Shown one piece after another: positions 59,871 to 64,000 of a stretch of 64,000 nt of DNA; the first letter of the stretch is position 1; each line of letters opens with the position of its first letter. The stretch spans positions 11,400,841 to 11,464,840 of the forward strand of contig CM119271.1 of NCBI GenBank assembly GCA_051294375.1, written 5' to 3'. Both the position numbers and the translations under genes were made by a program. The notes beneath the pieces are model-generated. The model saw only the letters and a list, made by a program, of their open reading frames with translations. It did not search any database and had not been told where the DNA came from. Origin of the DNA: Paraspadella gotoi (taxonomy: Eukaryota > Animalia > Chaetognatha).

Positions 59871-61229
59871 ATGGATAACTTTTCATTTGTTGAAAATGCT
59901 TATGATCCTGAAAAATCCAAAAAAATAGCTACAGTGACTAAGGTTAAACTTTACAAGAATAAACCAGGAAAATGTGAGGTTTGTGAAAAGAGTTTTTCAT
60001 CTAAAAGTTACTTAAAACTGCACCTATCGACTCATACCGGGGAAAAACCGTATAAATGTGAATTTTGCGATAAATGTTTTTCATTTAAAGGATCTTTGAG
60101 AGATCATATCTTGATTCATAAAAGTGAAAAACAGTTCAAATGCGAATTATGCCAAAAATGCTTTTCAAATAAAACAAAATTGAAGACTCATTTTTCATCC
60201 CACGCTGGAAAAAAGCAATTCAAATGCGAAATTTGCAACACTTATTTGTCGAGCAAAAACTATTTAAACCTTCACAATTTAACTCATACGAAAGAAAAAC
60301 CGTACAAGTGTGATTTGTGCAACAGATTGTTTTCACACCCAAGCAGTCTGAAAAGACATAATTTAACTCATACAGGAGAAAAACCGTTTAAATGCGAAGT
60401 ATGCCAAAAATGTTTTTCACTTAGTTTCCAATTAAAAAAACATTTGCTCACTCATATCGGAGAAAAACCATTCAAATGCAACTCGTGCGACAAAAGTTTT
60501 AGAGAACGCTGTTCTTTGGAAAAGCATCAGTTAGTCCACACAGGAGAAAAAGCGTTTCGATGTCAAGTGTGCAATAAATTTTTCTCGGTGAAGAGCAGTC
60601 TGATAAGGCATGCTTTAATTCATACTGGAGAAAAACCATATAAATGCGATTGGTGCAATAAAAGTTTCGCGTATAAATTTTATTTGAAAACGCATGCCGA
60701 AACGCATACCGGAAAAAGACCATTTAAATGCGAATCGTGCGGCAAATGCTTTTCATTTAAAACCAGTTTAAAACTGCATATTCTTACCCATACTAGTAAA
60801 GAAAAACTTTTTCATTGCGATATCTGCGACAAGCGTTTTTTAAGGAAAAGAAATTTAACGCTTCACACCTTCACTCACACTGGAGAAAATCTATTTAAAT
60901 GCGAATGGTGCTCTAGGTGTTTCATGGAAGAGGCCTTTTTAAAAACCCATATCTCAACGCACACTGGGGAAAAACTGTATAAATGTGATTTGTGCAACAA
61001 GCGTTTTTCAAGTAAAAGCTACTTTAAAACGCACACTCTTATTCATACTGGAAAAATTGCTTTTAAGTGTAGATTGTGTGAGAAGCAATTTTCAAGTAAT
61101 AAAGCTTTGGAAACGCATTCCTTGACTCATTCGAAACTGAAGCCTTTCAAATGCGAGACGTGCAATAAGTATTTTAAAATTGAATCTTATTTAAAACAGC
61201 ACATTCAGCGACATGCCAAAAAGAGCTAA
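59871..61229 (+). CDS. C2H2 zinc-finger protein, 15 fingers
   Basis: The first in-frame ATG within ORF 59811-61229 is at 59871; HTGEKP linkers. Confidence 0.92.
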   Translation: MDNFSFVENAYDPEKSKKIATVTKVKLYKNKPGKCEVCEKSFSSKSYLKLHLSTHTGEKPYKCEFCDKCFSFKGSLRDHILIHKSEKQFKCELCQKCFSNKTKLKTHFSSHAGKKQFKCEICNTYLSSKNYLNLHNLTHTKEKPYKCDLCNRLFSHPSSLKRHNLTHTGEKPFKCEVCQKCFSLSFQLKKHLLTHIGEKPFKCNSCDKSFRERCSLEKHQLVHTGEKAFRCQVCNKFFSVKSSLIRHALIHTGEKPYKCDWCNKSFAYKFYLKTHAETHTGKRPFKCESCGKCFSFKTSLKLHILTHTSKEKLFHCDICDKRFLRKRNLTLHTFTHTGENLFKCEWCSRCFMEEAFLKTHISTHTGEKLYKCDLCNKRFSSKSYFKTHTLIHTGKIAFKCRLCEKQFSSNKALETHSLTHSKLKPFKCETCNKYFKIESYLKQHIQRHAKKS

Positions 61230-61411
61230 TATTGTCTAATATCGTGAAAAAAACTGACTGAAGAACTACCATAATTGAAAAAAAATTAAAATATATTTTT
61301 TAAAAATAGCTCCTATAATTTTAAATTAAACCATATGAAAATCTTGAATAAAACTACCAAAAAATAAATGAATAATGTTTTCCGTAACGTGAATTAGAAC
61401 CGAAATACCAC

Positions 61412-61521
<110 letters not shown>

Positions 61522-61803
61522 GTTTCATCCACCTGGCTTCCCGAAGAAAAATAGGCTTGCCTCTTCTATTCTCTTTTTCTCTCAAACTCTCGTAAAAGCG
61601 GCCGGCCCAAACTTACCCTCTGGAAGCTGAAATCAGATTAGTTTTGAGAGGCTGACCATCGATGAACTTACCCCTGTTTCGAAAATCGTCAGCGTCGACT
61701 CACTTTGTGACTTTTTTTTTCTTCCTTCGGTTCTGTAGTTGTGATATCGCGGAAAAAAAACAGATTTCACTGTTAAATTTCGATTCGTCCGTGGAAAAAA
61801 AAT

Positions 61804-64000
61804 ATGGGGGAGACTTCGCTGCCCGAAGAACCGATTTGTGAAACGTCATCGGAAAACAAAATGGAAGCCAAAAACGAATCGATAAAAAAATGGAATTTCG
61901 ACGTGAAAAAACATTTGAAAACGGACGTCAAGATAAAAACCGAAGGAAAAAGTTCTAAATGTGATCAAGTCTTTCGTTTGAAAAAAGATTTAAAAGGACA
62001 CATCATGACACCTCGTAAAGAAAAACAATTTAAATGCGATTGGTGTTTCGCACGTTTTGAGCAGAAAAAATCATTAAAATTACATTTTATAATTCATACT
62101 GGAGAAAAACTATTCAAATGTGAGCTATGCAATAAAAGTTTTTCACAAAAAGGCATTTTAAAATTACATATTCAAACGCATACTGGAGAAAAACTATTCA
62201 AATGTGAGCTATGCAATAAAAGTTTTTCACAAAAAGGCAGTTTAAAATTGCATATTCAAACGCATACTGGAGAAAAACTATTCAAATGTGAGCTATGCAA
62301 TAAAAGTTTTTCACAAAAAGGCAATTTAAAATTGCATATTCAAACACATACTGGAGAAAAGCCATTCAATTGTGATCTATGCAATAAAAGTTTTTCACAA
62401 AAAGGCAATTTAAAATTGCATATTCAAACGCATACTGGAGAAAAACTATTCAAATGTGAGCTATGCAATAAAAGTTTTTCACAAAAAGGCAATTTAAAAT
62501 TGCATATTCAAACGCATACTGGAGAAAAACTATTTAAATGTGAACAATGCTATGAAAGTTTTTCACGAAGAGACACTTTAAATTGCATATTCAAACGCAT
62601 ACTGGAGAAAAACTATTCAATGTGAGCTATGCAATAAAAGTTTTTCACAAAAAGGCAGTTTAAAATTGCATATTCAAACGCATACTGGAGAAAAACTATT
62701 CAAATGTGAGCAATGCTATGAAAGTTTTTCACGAAGAGACACTTTAAAATTGCATATTCAAACGCATACTGGAGAAAAACTATTCAAAATGTGAGCTATG
62801 CAATAAAAGTTTTTCAACAAAAAAGGCAATTTAAAATTGCATATTCAACGCATACTGGAGAAAAACTATTCATGTGAGCAATGCTATGAAAGTTTTTCAC
62901 AAAGAACACTTTAAAAGTGCATATTCAAACGCATACTGGGAGAAAAACTATTCAAATGTGAGCTATGCAAATAAAGTTTTTCACAAAAAGGCAATTTAAA
63001 ATTGCATATTCAAACGCATACTGGGAAAAAACTATTCAAATGTGAGCTATGCAATAAAGTTTTTCACAAAAAGGCAATTTAAAATTGCATATTCAAACGC
63101 ATACTGGAGAAAAACTATTCAAATGTGAGCAATGCTATGAAGTTTTTCACGAAGAGACACTTTAAAATTGCATATTCAAACGCATACTGGAGAAAAACTA
63201 TTCAAATGTGAGCATGCAATAAAATTTTTTCACAAAGAGGCAGTTTAAAATTGCATATTCAAACGCATACTGGAGAAAAACAATTCAAATGTGAGCAATG
63301 CAATAAAATTTTTTCACAAAGAGCAGTTTAAAATTGCATATTCAAACGCATACTGGAGAAAAACATTCAAATGTGAGCAATGCAATAAAAAGTTTTCACG
63401 AAAAGACACTTTAAAATTCAATTCAAACACATACTGGAAAAAAACTATTCAAATGTGAGCAATGCAATAAAACGTTTTCACGAAAAGACACTTTAAAATT
63501 GCATATTCAAACACATACTGGAGAAAAACTGTTCAAATGTGAGCAATGCAATAAAAAGTTTTCACGAAGAGACACTTTAAAATTGCATATTCAAACACAT
63601 ACTGGAGAAAAACTACTCAAATGTGAGCAATGCAATGAATGTTTTTCACGAAAAGAACATTTGAATTATCATGTTCTAACGCATTCTGGAGAAAAACTAT
63701 TTAAATGTGACCAATGCAACAAAAGTTTTTCACGAAAAGGGTCTTTAAAAATGCATATTAAAACGCATACTGGAGCAAAGCCGTTCAAATGTAAAATATG
63801 CGACAAAAGTTTTTCCAAAACAGGCTCTCTAAAATCACATAACTTTACTCATACTGGTGAAAAATTATTTAACTTTGTAGAATGCGATAAAAGTTTTTCA
63901 CAAAAAAGCTCTTTAAAACTTCATACCAATTTAGTTTCTCATAATCATATTCGTGCTAAAGTTAAAGCATTAAAATATGAATTGACCAGCGAAAGCAGTT
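61804..64000 (+). CDS. C2H2 zinc-finger protein with ~22 fingers, mostly in a homogeneous 84-bp array; frameshifted in this assembly and running off the window end
   Basis: ORF 61804-62625 continues as near-identical 84-bp units to ~63900, with indels mostly in homopolymers. Confidence 0.85.

Noticed and set aside
61804-64000. Calling the last ZNF gene PRDM9
   Set aside because: No KRAB, SSXRD or PR/SET sequence is seen; only the behaviour of the array is similar.

Overview
Repeat-rich invertebrate (metazoan) nuclear DNA from an error-prone, probably long-read gap-filled assembly, with many 1-nt indels and two gaps of exactly 25 N. From left to right it holds: (1) a 13-exon mitochondrial glutamate dehydrogenase gene with a 2.8-kb non-autonomous LTR element in intron 4; (2) a six-exon orphan two-TM gene lying head-to-head with an XK-related gene; (3) an inverted copy of 8511-20398, forming a palindrome with ~12-kb arms; (4) a chitin-binding (CBM14/peritrophin-A) gene with a poly-Asp tract, probably secreted, which the ORF track does not assemble; (5) an ~8-kb tandem duplication carrying an apparently ATD-less ionotropic glutamate receptor-like gene whose last intron holds six tRNA genes; (6) a cluster of C2H2 zinc-finger genes ending in a PRDM9-like 84-bp minisatellite array. 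The best novelty candidates are the CBM14/poly-Asp protein, a ~235-bp highly structured dispersed element present twice, the tRNA-hosting compact iGluR, the orphan gene and the homogenised zinc-finger array. The two large duplications may be assembly artefacts. All gene models were built by hand from splice sites and reading phase; no database searches were run.
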